From a virus, in IMG/VR virus record IMGVR_UViG_3300032294_002964, positions 28,078 through 92,077 of that record: a stretch of 64,000 bases of DNA; one strand, given 5' to 3'. The first letter of the stretch is position 1; every line of letters starts with the position of its first letter. The position numbers and the translations under genes are program-made. The notes beneath the pieces were generated by a model. It did not search any database. It was not told the origin of the DNA and worked only from the letters and a program-made list of their open reading frames with translations. Below are positions 49,123 to 58,183 of the stretch, one piece after another.

Positions 49123-49362
49123 GTGATTTATACTTATATTTGTCTTATGACAAACAAGGATAAGAATACAATCTGGAATATACTTAGCAAGTATGATAAC
49201 ACATTGACTTCTATGTGTGATTCTCTTTCTAATATTTTGCAAGAAAAAGCAGATAACTCTGATTACAAAAATGTTTTTAGTAACTATCGTAAGATGGAAA
49301 AAGAAGATACAAACTTAGTAGATTCTATCTTAGGAGATAAGATATTAGTTGCTGTTAACTAA
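49123..49362 (+). CDS. small hypothetical protein
   Basis: Likely starts at MTNKD, after TTTG-N19-TATATTTG (49112-49142). Confidence 0.5.
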   Translation: MIYTYICLMTNKDKNTIWNILSKYDNTLTSMCDSLSNILQEKADNSDYKNVFSNYRKMEKEDTNLVDSILGDKILVAVN

Positions 49363-50110
49363 ATAACTTTTTATTAACCCATTCTGAAAAATCTTTATAA
49401 GACTCTTTTAGTGACTCTAAAAGAGTTTTTTCTTCTAAGAAATCTTTTAAATCCTTTTTATATCCAGAGTTTGTTTCATCTGTTGGATCATTAGTCCATT
49501 GTCTATTGAACGACAATTCCTTAGGTGTTTTAAATCCAAAATATTTTAAAACAGAGACTTCGTTTTCAACAACCTCAATTCCTTTCCAATTATGACCCAT
49601 TACTACAACTCCAGCTTCTTTATCTTTAACTGGATTTTTCTCACGCAAAGTAGAGTGCATATTTTCAATCCAAGTTAATCTCTCTATGAGATTAGAATAG
49701 ATTGAATTCATTTTTCCCCATCTAACAGAACCAAAGAACACGATAATATCTGATTCATATATTTTGTTTGCTACAACATATAATTCATCATCTGAGTTAT
49801 TCATAGATGCCCAACATCTGATGAAATTATGAGGATTTTTCTTACTATCTTTTAACATTGCTTCTTTAAGTCCACATCTATTTCCTTCTTCTCTAGAAAC
49901 ATTACCCTCACAAGGATAAATTTTTAACTTGGATATATCTATAACTTCACAGTTTGTTAGTTTCTTTTGAAACTCAATAGCAAGTTGAGAAGATTTTGGA
50001 GTTTCTTTAGCACCAGACCATCTATTAGATGTTGTTAAGAACAAAATCCTACTACCAGATTTATCTTTAGATTTAAGATACTTAAAAAAAGTTGTAATTT
50101 CTTTTTTCAT
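49355..50110 (-). CDS. flavodoxin-like / NADPH-dependent FMN reductase family protein
   Basis: ILFLTTSNR, IYPCEG, DIIVFFGSVRWG, LIERL. Confidence 0.75.
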   Translation of the reverse strand: MKKEITTFFKYLKSKDKSGSRILFLTTSNRWSGAKETPKSSQLAIEFQKKLTNCEVIDISKLKIYPCEGNVSREEGNRCGLKEAMLKDSKKNPHNFIRCWASMNNSDDELYVVANKIYESDIIVFFGSVRWGKMNSIYSNLIERLTWIENMHSTLREKNPVKDKEAGVVVMGHNWKGIEVVENEVSVLKYFGFKTPKELSFNRQWTNDPTDETNSGYKKDLKDFLEEKTLLESLKESYKDFSEWVNKKLFS

Positions 50111-50185
50111 ATTGAGTATATATTAATATATTTGTGTATAAAAAATGGATATCATGATGTTTCATGAAACAAATAAATTAAAAAT

Positions 50186-50599
50186 ATGACTTTTAATGAC
50201 TCGGTAAAATCCTTAGTTTATAGTATAGCTGAGGAAACAATTAGTGGAAGAATTCAATGGATTCCTAATAGTGACTGTAAAATGCAGATTACTGTTGAGG
50301 ATATGAATTTTGAATTTATAGTCACATGGAAACTTGATGTAGATAATGGATGGGTAATGAATTCTGGATGGATGAATATAAAATCTAATAAGGTTGACTT
50401 TACTATTCATTCTTATAATTTTCCAGAACCAATGAAACAATTAACTGATTATTTATATAATCAGTACTTTTTCAAGTACAAACCATCTGAGCAATCTATT
50501 ATTGATCAAATGGAAAATGTAACAAAGAAGTTATCTATTGTTGAATATAGAGATAAAAAATTATCCAATCTTTTTGGTATTTTAAATGACAAGAAATGA
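50186..50599 (+). CDS. hypothetical protein with near-terminal motif
   Basis: YRDKKLSNLF. Confidence 0.6.
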   Translation: MTFNDSVKSLVYSIAEETISGRIQWIPNSDCKMQITVEDMNFEFIVTWKLDVDNGWVMNSGWMNIKSNKVDFTIHSYNFPEPMKQLTDYLYNQYFFKYKPSEQSIIDQMENVTKKLSIVEYRDKKLSNLFGILNDKK

Positions 50600-50993
50600 T
50601 TTAAATGGGCTTTACTGGTTTTGGTCTAAAACACAACTTAGAAACAAAAAAGGTGAGGTTAATAGCAGAAGTATATTATTATTTGAAACATATTTAAAAA
50701 CAGTTGTTTTAACAATGAAATATAACGGTCAATCAAAAGCGGAGTTTAATAAAAACTACAAAAGAATCGCTGATATTATTGAAAAATCAGATGATCCAAA
50801 TAGACAATCTGCTTTAGCACAAACACAAGCAGGCAGAATAAGTGATGAATGGAAGGCTATTAATAGAGCAATGGCCGCTAAAGAAATGGGACATGAACAC
50901 TTATTTGAAATCTTCTTTAGAAGAGCATACGATTTGGGTTCAGTTGGTAAACAAGAATACAGAGAATATCAATTATCAAAATTAGGAATATAA
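50586..50993 (+). CDS. hypothetical protein with C-terminal motif
   Basis: Ends YREYQLSKLGI. Confidence 0.6.
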   Translation: MTRNDLNGLYWFWSKTQLRNKKGEVNSRSILLFETYLKTVVLTMKYNGQSKAEFNKNYKRIADIIEKSDDPNRQSALAQTQAGRISDEWKAINRAMAAKEMGHEHLFEIFFRRAYDLGSVGKQEYREYQLSKLGI

Positions 50994-50994
50994 T

Positions 50995-51666
50995 ATGGAA
51001 TATCCAATACAACTAAACACTGAAGAGTTTAAGAATGTTTTAACTACTTTACTCGAAAATAATCGAGTTGATGAAATCGTCGAGACTGGATCCTATCACG
51101 GAGATGGTAGTACGCTTATTTTCGCACAAACTGGTAGATATGTCTATGGAATAGAATGTAATCCAGAACATTATGTAATTTCACATAATAACCTTGTAGA
51201 ATACACAAATGTATGTATGATACATGGACTCTCCTTGAAAAGAGAAGACTTAATCAAGGGACTATTAAATGAGAGATTTGATAGAGTAGGTACAAATTAT
51301 GACTCAGAACATCCAAAAACAGCATATATGAGAGAGATTAACTACCAAGTTTCTGTTGAAAATGCCTTAGATGTATTCTGTAATAATAACAGACACCAAT
51401 TGATATTTTTAGACAGTGCTGGTGGCGTTGGATATTTAGAGTTTAAAGAAGTCATGTCTTGGGATCCTTGTAATCTAATGAATAAGGTTCTTATATTAGA
51501 TGATATAAATCATATTAAACACATTAGATCGGTTAATGATCTTTTAGAGAGAGGTTTCACAATCGGAATTTCCGAAGAACAAAGATTTGCATGGATTTCT
51601 TTTCAAGAAGTTAGTAACAGAAATATATTACTCTCAGAAACAATTAAGAATTTAAATACTAAATAA
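50995..51666 (+). CDS. putative class I SAM-dependent methyltransferase
   Basis: IVETGSYHGDGST, YGIE, IFLDS, LILDD. Confidence 0.7.
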   Translation: MEYPIQLNTEEFKNVLTTLLENNRVDEIVETGSYHGDGSTLIFAQTGRYVYGIECNPEHYVISHNNLVEYTNVCMIHGLSLKREDLIKGLLNERFDRVGTNYDSEHPKTAYMREINYQVSVENALDVFCNNNRHQLIFLDSAGGVGYLEFKEVMSWDPCNLMNKVLILDDINHIKHIRSVNDLLERGFTIGISEEQRFAWISFQEVSNRNILLSETIKNLNTK

Positions 51667-51667
51667 T

Positions 51668-52048
51668 ATGCTTGGAAAAAACACAATAAAAGTATCTCAA
51701 AAATTTATTGAGATATATCAAAACTTCAATGTTTCAGATCAAAGAGAAAAAATGAGTGAACTATCAAAAAAAGAATTATATCTTCTTTTAGACTCTTGTG
51801 TTGATAGTCATGATGAAGATGATCCAACTGTTATTCTTAATTTATCTCCATATTTTTTGGAGTTAAAAGAGATTTTGAAAATTCAATCCGGTGATGAAGT
51901 TAATAATGATATTTTAAAGGAGTTGCAAAAAGATACCGACTTTAGATTATCGAGTGATAGAGTATCAGAGAGTGGTGAAAAATTACCAAGTATATACACA
52001 AGAGATCAAGTTAGAGAACTCAAGCTTAATAAAATTTTTGATAAGTAA
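51668..52048 (+). CDS. hypothetical protein with C-terminal motif
   Basis: Ends VRELKLNKIFDK. Confidence 0.6.
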   Translation: MLGKNTIKVSQKFIEIYQNFNVSDQREKMSELSKKELYLLLDSCVDSHDEDDPTVILNLSPYFLELKEILKIQSGDEVNNDILKELQKDTDFRLSSDRVSESGEKLPSIYTRDQVRELKLNKIFDK

Positions 52049-52067
52049 TATTTTATCCTTATATTTG
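52037..52067 (+). promoter_or_regulatory. Bacteroidetes sigma70-type promoter
   Basis: TTTG-N19-TATATTTG. Confidence 0.7.
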
Positions 52068-52087
52068 TATTTCTAAATATTCCAAGA

Positions 52088-54229
52088 ATGAAATTTAAAC
52101 ATTTTGAAACAGAGTCAGGTAAGACTATAAAAACAGCCGAATTTGATGGATATAGTGTGGGAGATCGATTACTTGAAGGTCTTATGTTCCAAGTAGATAT
52201 CCAAGATGATGGAACAATGAAGGTTTATGTTAAAGATAAAGATCAAAAATGGTTTGATCAATTTAATACCGCAAAGTGGCTTGAGGAAGCTCAAAAATTT
52301 GCAGAAGGTAATGATATTTTTGAAGATCCTATTTCAGGAGAAGAATGCTGGGCAGTTACCGATGAAGTGACTACTTTGCCTCAAAAAACCGGTCATGTAA
52401 TTAAAACATCAACTATTGATGAAATTCTAAATTCTAAAGTTTCTAAAACTCTTGAAAAGGATCTTGGTGAAACTGAAGAAAAGGCTGAAGTCAAAGAACC
52501 TTTAATTGGTCAATATAAGCCGAAACGAAAGTTCTTAAATTTTATCACCGGACTTAAAGGTCGAATTCGACTTTTAAATAATTCTGCCTTTATTAAGGGT
52601 GAACAACTATCTGGGATGCTTGAAGGAGTTATCTTTAAAGTAACTATCTGTGATGAAGGTACAATCAACTTTGAAGAGGTTGATACAAACCAAACTACAC
52701 CAGATATGATACAACGACTTATCGATGAAATCGATGCTCGTGATGTAACTGGATATACTCAGAAATTTGTAGTATCTGGTCTCGATTTTTATGATGATGA
52801 TGCAAAATCTTGCTATCTTGAAGTAGAACACAAAAAACCAATTGATATGTTATTCTCACTATTTGACGAAGAAAAACCACAAGTAACTGAAACTGGTATG
52901 TCTATTCTTGACGCACTTTTCAGTTCTGAAACTGATGAAGAACTTGCCCGAGAATTTGAAGGTGAGTCTGATGAAGAAATTCAAAAAGAGTCTGAACCAG
53001 AGATAGTAGAAAACGAAGCTCAGAAAATGATGCGTGAATCCTTTGAAAAGATGAACGCTGAAAAAGTTCAAGAGTTGAAAGAACGAATTGAAAAGACTGA
53101 AAAAGAAATCAGTAAGTTGCGTATTGATGTAAAGCAAGCGGAGTCTAAAATTACATCTTCTTCCAAAGATTTGAAAGTTCTTAATACACGATTAGAGTCT
53201 TTGAGTCCAAAAGATCCTTCTGTTGGTTATGACTTCTTTGTTTCGAATGAAAACAAAACTGGTATTGAACCAGATGAAAACTTGGTATCGGTTGTTGAAA
53301 AGATTGCACCACTTTTGAAACTCAATACACCAGTTGTGATTAATATGTTGACTAAAGGATACTACACAATCAAAGTTCAGAAACAAGGGCCAGAAGAGGA
53401 TAAAAATAAACTGGATAAAGAAATTTATCAAAAGATCCAAAAGATTGATGTAATGGGTAAAGTTACTATGGTTGATACTTGTGAATTCGAGTACCGGGGT
53501 GATATGACTTGGCATCAATTGGTTGATAAGATGATCCGAATGGGATTTGATCAAAATCCAGACTTTGATAAAGAGTGTGGTTCAAACTCTTATGAGACTA
53601 AAGAGGAAGAAAAAGATGAAACTAATAACGATATGAATGATATGAAGAGCGCCATTATGAAGATGGCAGAAGATTTGGAAAAAAGTGGTACGAAGGGTAT
53701 GGTCGATTTGGCTGAGAGTAATATCAAGTCTATTGAAGAAAACTCGGAAGTGAAGTTTAAGGAATTGGTAGTATTTGATACACCAACTGATATTGTAATC
53801 ATCGGAAACAGGGATGAAGATGCTAAAGAGATTGTTGACTTTATGATTACTGATGATGAAACCGGATTTGATTTGTATGTTGATGGCAAAGAAAAAATGT
53901 CAATGATGTCGAGTGGATTTGGTGCTGTTATGACACTTAATGAATATAAAAAATTATATTCTCTAAAGGGTGAGGATATGGCAGAATATCACATTGTCGA
54001 AGGTGTTATTATTCCAGGATTTGTAGGTAAAATTGAAATTGGTGCTAAATTGGATGATGGTAGTATTTCAACAGATTTTGATTTAACAGATTATATTCAA
54101 CATCAACATGACTACTGTGATGTTATTGTAAACATTACTGGGAATCCAGAAATGTTTAAATTGAATGAAGACCTTTCTCTACCAACTGCAATTTTGAGAG
54201 ATATTAAGATTGATAAAATCATTAAATAA
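52088..54229 (+). CDS. large acidic multidomain protein with coiled coil and C-terminal motif
   Basis: 713 aa; internal repeat LEGLMFQV/LEGVIFKV; ends LRDIKIDKIIK. Confidence 0.7.
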   Translation: MKFKHFETESGKTIKTAEFDGYSVGDRLLEGLMFQVDIQDDGTMKVYVKDKDQKWFDQFNTAKWLEEAQKFAEGNDIFEDPISGEECWAVTDEVTTLPQKTGHVIKTSTIDEILNSKVSKTLEKDLGETEEKAEVKEPLIGQYKPKRKFLNFITGLKGRIRLLNNSAFIKGEQLSGMLEGVIFKVTICDEGTINFEEVDTNQTTPDMIQRLIDEIDARDVTGYTQKFVVSGLDFYDDDAKSCYLEVEHKKPIDMLFSLFDEEKPQVTETGMSILDALFSSETDEELAREFEGESDEEIQKESEPEIVENEAQKMMRESFEKMNAEKVQELKERIEKTEKEISKLRIDVKQAESKITSSSKDLKVLNTRLESLSPKDPSVGYDFFVSNENKTGIEPDENLVSVVEKIAPLLKLNTPVVINMLTKGYYTIKVQKQGPEEDKNKLDKEIYQKIQKIDVMGKVTMVDTCEFEYRGDMTWHQLVDKMIRMGFDQNPDFDKECGSNSYETKEEEKDETNNDMNDMKSAIMKMAEDLEKSGTKGMVDLAESNIKSIEENSEVKFKELVVFDTPTDIVIIGNRDEDAKEIVDFMITDDETGFDLYVDGKEKMSMMSSGFGAVMTLNEYKKLYSLKGEDMAEYHIVEGVIIPGFVGKIEIGAKLDDGSISTDFDLTDYIQHQHDYCDVIVNITGNPEMFKLNEDLSLPTAILRDIKIDKIIK

Positions 54230-54257
54230 GTATAATAATACACACACTTAACTTTAT

Positions 54258-54743
54258 ATGAAACGTACATTTAAAAAATGGATTACTTATAAAATAATGA
54301 AGCTCTTTGTAAGGTCAAGAAGAACTTTTAAAAGAGCATTGAAGACAATTGATCCCTCAACAAAGGGTAAATTGAACGACTTACAAAAGCCATTGTATGA
54401 TATCTGTATCAAACTGATTGGTGAGTCTACTACACAACTAAGATCAAACTCAATTGACTATGTTTATCATATAGAGTCTGATAAATACTTGGTGATTATA
54501 AAGCCAAATAATGACTCTAATCGTGAGATATACTCTGTTTCACTTATTGAGTATAAGGATGATTCAAAAAACCTCTTAGGATTTGTGGAGATTGCTTTTC
54601 CACCAGAAGAGGCTAGAGTAATCATTCATAAGTTTGAGAAAGAGACTCAAAAGAGGATGAAGACAAAACAGATACAAAAGACTGTTAAAGTTGCGAACCA
54701 CCTAAATGAGATTTTGAAAGAAATGTCAGAGGAATGTTTGTAA
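54258..54743 (+). CDS. hypothetical protein
   Basis: 161 aa ORF. Confidence 0.6.
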   Translation: MKRTFKKWITYKIMKLFVRSRRTFKRALKTIDPSTKGKLNDLQKPLYDICIKLIGESTTQLRSNSIDYVYHIESDKYLVIIKPNNDSNREIYSVSLIEYKDDSKNLLGFVEIAFPPEEARVIIHKFEKETQKRMKTKQIQKTVKVANHLNEILKEMSEECL

Positions 54744-54767
54744 AATAGAAAATAATTCTTATATTTG
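54737..54767 (+). promoter_or_regulatory. Bacteroidetes sigma70-type promoter
   Basis: TTTG-N19-TATATTTG. Confidence 0.7.
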
Positions 54768-54786
54768 TAAAAATAATACATCGAAG

Positions 54787-56373
54787 ATGATAGTAAAAAA
54801 TATACACGAAAAACTTCTGAACACAATTCAGACAATGTTGATTGACACAAAAGTCAATCTTCCATATTACGGTGAGTTTAACCTTCACATTAACTTTCAC
54901 GAGCAAGATTCTATTGGTACTTGTGCGGTTAACGTGACTTCAAAAGGTATGAACTTTTTCTACTCACCAAAGTTCCTTGAGCATATGTCTCAGAAAGAGG
55001 TGAATTTTATCGCATTGCACGAAGATTTCCACCTTCTTTTCAATCACCCTCGTCGTACAATTACTGGTCAATATGACCACAAACTTTCTAATATCGCTCA
55101 AGACATGATTATTAATCACGTTATTTGGGAAGATATTTCACACGCATTCGTAGAAATTCCTAAGAACAAAGATGGTAAGAACATGGCTCTATTCGTTCCG
55201 AAAGAGTACACTGGTAAACTTATCTTTGAAGAGTTGTATGAGTGGTTGAAAGAGAAGAAAGAAGAATTCCAAAAGAAGCAGAAAGAAGGTAAGTGCAAGA
55301 ACTCACAATGTCAGTCTTGCAACGGTACAGGTAAGAAACAAGACCAAGGTGGTCAGGGTCAACAGCAAGGTCAAGGCCAACAACAAGGTCAGGGTCAAGG
55401 TCAGGGTCAAGGTCAACAAGATGGTCAAGGACAAGGTCAGGGTCAAGGTCAACAAGATGGTCAAGGACAAGGTCAGGGTCAGAGCCAAGGCCAAGGTGGT
55501 GGACAACCAGGTGGCCAAAATGGTAATGGCGGTGGTGGAAACCAAGACGAGTCATGTCCAGACTGTGGTGGCACCGGAAACGAAGGTGGTAAAGACGCCT
55601 CTGGTAAACCATCATACGGTCCTTATGGTAAGAACCCATCTAAAGATGGTGAATCAATTGACACTTGGAGTACAGACCAAATTTTCCAAGATTTGGAAAA
55701 TGGTACTGGTGAATACCTTGACAAGCATATTGGTGACGATGTACCAGAAGAAATGCGTGAAGCAATGGTGCGTGATGTGATGGACAGACTTGCATCTCGT
55801 GGTCTTTCAGCGGGTAATGTTGAGACAACTCTTAACAAACTTCGCAAGCAGCGTAAAGACTACTTGAAAGAGATCAAGCGTTCTGTATCTAATATGATCT
55901 TTGGTCATATCAAGCAAAAGACCATTGTTAAACCAAATCGTCGTCAAATTGCAGGATTGAAAGGTAACCGTAAGATTAAGAGTAAAGTAAACGTTATTCT
56001 TGACACATCTGGTTCTATGGGTGGTCAAGGTACATTCGAAAGAGTTCTTTCTTATGTATATCGAAATGATATAGAAATCAACTTTATCCAAGGTGATACC
56101 GAAGTGAAGTGGGTAGAGAACTTCAAGAAGGCTAAACAACTTGAGACTATGAAAATTCACGGTCTTGGTGGTACAGTTCTTCAACCATCTGTTGACTATG
56201 TAGTTGAACACTACAACGAGTACAACACTGTTGTATTGACCGATGGTTACACAGACAATTTGGACTTGTCAAAAGTTAAAGGTCGAGTGTTGATGATTAC
56301 AGTTGGTGTGAAAGTACCAATCGCAAGAACTAACAACAAGGTTAAGCAAATCGTATTAGAAAATACTCATTAA
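54787..56373 (+). CDS. DUF2201-like metallopeptidase + vWA protein
   Basis: HEDFH (HExxH), NIAQDMIIN, MIDAS DTSGSM, GGT, LTDG; GQ-rich linker. Confidence 0.85.
   Translation: MIVKNIHEKLLNTIQTMLIDTKVNLPYYGEFNLHINFHEQDSIGTCAVNVTSKGMNFFYSPKFLEHMSQKEVNFIALHEDFHLLFNHPRRTITGQYDHKLSNIAQDMIINHVIWEDISHAFVEIPKNKDGKNMALFVPKEYTGKLIFEELYEWLKEKKEEFQKKQKEGKCKNSQCQSCNGTGKKQDQGGQGQQQGQGQQQGQGQGQGQGQQDGQGQGQGQGQQDGQGQGQGQSQGQGGGQPGGQNGNGGGGNQDESCPDCGGTGNEGGKDASGKPSYGPYGKNPSKDGESIDTWSTDQIFQDLENGTGEYLDKHIGDDVPEEMREAMVRDVMDRLASRGLSAGNVETTLNKLRKQRKDYLKEIKRSVSNMIFGHIKQKTIVKPNRRQIAGLKGNRKIKSKVNVILDTSGSMGGQGTFERVLSYVYRNDIEINFIQGDTEVKWVENFKKAKQLETMKIHGLGGTVLQPSVDYVVEHYNEYNTVVLTDGYTDNLDLSKVKGRVLMITVGVKVPIARTNNKVKQIVLENTH
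55342..55540 (+). repeat. Gly/Gln coding low-complexity repeat
   Basis: GGTCAA/GGTCAG iterations encoding (GQ)n with QQDGQ units. Confidence 0.85.
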
Positions 56374-56399
56374 AAAGAGGACCTTCGGGTCCTTTTTTT
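56372..56399 (+). terminator. intrinsic terminator with cUUCGg tetraloop
   Basis: AGGACC-TTCG-GGTCCT followed by a T run. Confidence 0.85.
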
Positions 56400-56411
56400 A
56401 TACATATATAG

Positions 56412-56879
56412 ATGATAATATTAATTAGATGTGATAAAGAAGTCAGAAGTTATAATAACTGGACGACTACTTTTAATTCGGAAATTGGGGATATTAATGA
56501 GGTATTTACCAGTAATGGATTATCTACGCTTCTTCTATATAAAAGAAAACTACCTGATGAAGTTAGAAAATCTACAACTCAAAAAAGAGGAATAGGTTCA
56601 ATTTCGTCACTTGATTTTTCACTATTAACACAAGACTGCATTCTATTATATCATGGTGATGTTCTTGATGAACAGAAAGATGTGAAGGCTATTGAGGAGT
56701 TATTTCAACTTTGTCACAACAATCAAAAACATCTAGTTCTACAATTTAGTTTAGAAAACCAACATTTGATTAATCATATTTGTACTGGATCGGAAGTCTA
56801 TATTCATAGAGATGAATTGAAGACATTCTTAGTAAGACTAGATCGAGAATTAAAGATTAGTAAACTATTTAGCGAATAG
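56412..56879 (+). CDS. hypothetical protein with C-terminal motif
   Basis: Ends DRELKISKLFSE. Confidence 0.6.
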   Translation: MIILIRCDKEVRSYNNWTTTFNSEIGDINEVFTSNGLSTLLLYKRKLPDEVRKSTTQKRGIGSISSLDFSLLTQDCILLYHGDVLDEQKDVKAIEELFQLCHNNQKHLVLQFSLENQHLINHICTGSEVYIHRDELKTFLVRLDRELKISKLFSE

Positions 56880-57453
56880 CAATATAATTTCCTTTCCACT
56901 TCATAGGTGGTAATTTATAGTCAAACATAATCCAATCAATTTTTACATCACTATTTTTTAAATAGTGTTCAAATCTACTAATTGGATAAGAAAGTATTTT
57001 TTTTGGATCTATGTTGGTACTCCTATCTAAATCATCCACTACATCCATTGTCACTGCTTTTCTCAAAACGGAGTGGTTGGTAAAAGACCTTTTTTTGGCA
57101 ATTGTATGAAATTGAATATCTAATTCTTTAAGAATATTTTTTGAAACAGGTTCAAAACCTTCACTCAGTAAATAATTATGTAGGTGAGTTATTGATTGAA
57201 AATCATCCGAATCTAAATAGTGTTCATTTTTTAATAGAAAATGAGGAGAAAATACTTTAAATTTAAACTCGTTATGTGCTTTGGTTCCAGGAAAAACATT
57301 AACATCATCTATTCCATAGCTATAGTTTATTTCAAAACCATCATCCTTTAGAACAGATAATATATCATTGACATTATTGAGAATTTCTTCTCTAAAAGGA
57401 TCACCGTCAAATGGATCTTTTGACTCTAAAAATAATTTCCAGTTCTTAATCAT
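56869..57453 (-). CDS. hypothetical protein with N-terminal leader
   Basis: MIKNWKLFLES; paralog of the next ORF (HLHNYLLSEGFEP / HLDSYLRSEEFEP). Confidence 0.65.
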   Translation of the reverse strand: MIKNWKLFLESKDPFDGDPFREEILNNVNDILSVLKDDGFEINYSYGIDDVNVFPGTKAHNEFKFKVFSPHFLLKNEHYLDSDDFQSITHLHNYLLSEGFEPVSKNILKELDIQFHTIAKKRSFTNHSVLRKAVTMDVVDDLDRSTNIDPKKILSYPISRFEHYLKNSDVKIDWIMFDYKLPPMKWKGNYIAIR

Positions 57454-57914
57454 AGTTTAATTAATTCTCCAATTTTAAAAATATTTCCATTTTTATCATT
57501 ATAAAATCTTAGATAATCAGGTAGATTATATTGAAAATCAATTCTAGTTAAATCGATAACATCCTTATTTACACCAGTTAACATTTTTAGTAATGTGCTA
57601 ATAGGATACTGAGTAAGTTGTCCACTTCTTCTTTGAACAACAACATCTAATTCCTTACCGACAGAAGAATGAGGTTCAAATTCTTCACTTCTTAAATAAC
57701 TATCCAAGTGTAATACAGTTTGAACTTCCTCTATTCCTATTTTTCCCTCTATTATAAAAGAAACCTTAACTTTACCAAACTCTTCTACATAACTCCTTAT
57801 TAGAACTCTAATGTGGTGATCTACTTTCAAAGAAAGAAGAATATCTCTGATATTATCAAGTATTTCTTGGTCTCTACTATTTGACTCTAAAAATAATTTC
57901 CAGTTCTTAATCAT
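57419..57914 (-). repeat. 35-bp exact direct repeat encoding the leader of two tandem paralogs
   Basis: TTTGACTCTAAAAATAATTTCCAGTTCTTAATCAT at 57419-57453 and 57880-57914. Confidence 0.85.
57450..57914 (-). CDS. hypothetical protein with N-terminal leader
   Basis: MIKNWKLFLES. Confidence 0.65.
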   Translation of the reverse strand: MIKNWKLFLESNSRDQEILDNIRDILLSLKVDHHIRVLIRSYVEEFGKVKVSFIIEGKIGIEEVQTVLHLDSYLRSEEFEPHSSVGKELDVVVQRRSGQLTQYPISTLLKMLTGVNKDVIDLTRIDFQYNLPDYLRFYNDKNGNIFKIGELIKL

Positions 57915-58153
57915 CAGAATTCTATTTTTTCTACATTTTTTAATTCTACTTCATATTCTTTGCCATCAACTTCAACGGTGATTAAACCATCATCATCAAC
58001 ACTCATTGGATTGAGTGCCATATCTGGGTCATTATCTGGTAAATTATTTACAATAGTTGCATAGATAAATCCTTTACTCATTATGCATCTTCTGATATCC
58101 TCAAGGGTGAAGTTTTTATATTTAAATGCTTCAAAAAATTTCAAGTATCTCAT
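57914..58153 (-). CDS. small hypothetical protein with N-terminal leader
   Basis: Start reset to MRYLKFFEAF, directly after the palindromic promoter. Confidence 0.6.
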   Translation of the reverse strand: MRYLKFFEAFKYKNFTLEDIRRCIMSKGFIYATIVNNLPDNDPDMALNPMSVDDDGLITVEVDGKEYEVELKNVEKIEF

Positions 58154-58170
58154 TTTAATATATATTAAAA
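58153..58170. promoter_or_regulatory. palindromic, bidirectional putative late promoter
   Basis: TTTTAATATATATTAAAA contains TAATATATA on both strands, between divergent leader-bearing genes. Confidence 0.6.
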
Positions 58171-58183
58171 ACCATTTTTTAAA

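Noticed and set aside
52088-52120. MKFKHFETES as a leader on a C-tagged protein
   Set aside because: It continues as ETESGKTIK in a plausible beta hairpin and follows a host-type early promoter; treated as chance, but it is the one possible exception to tag exclusivity
55116-56211. Several overlapping ORFs with LT/DL/VK repeats
   Set aside because: Shadow frames of the GQ repeat and of the biased codons in the vWA gene
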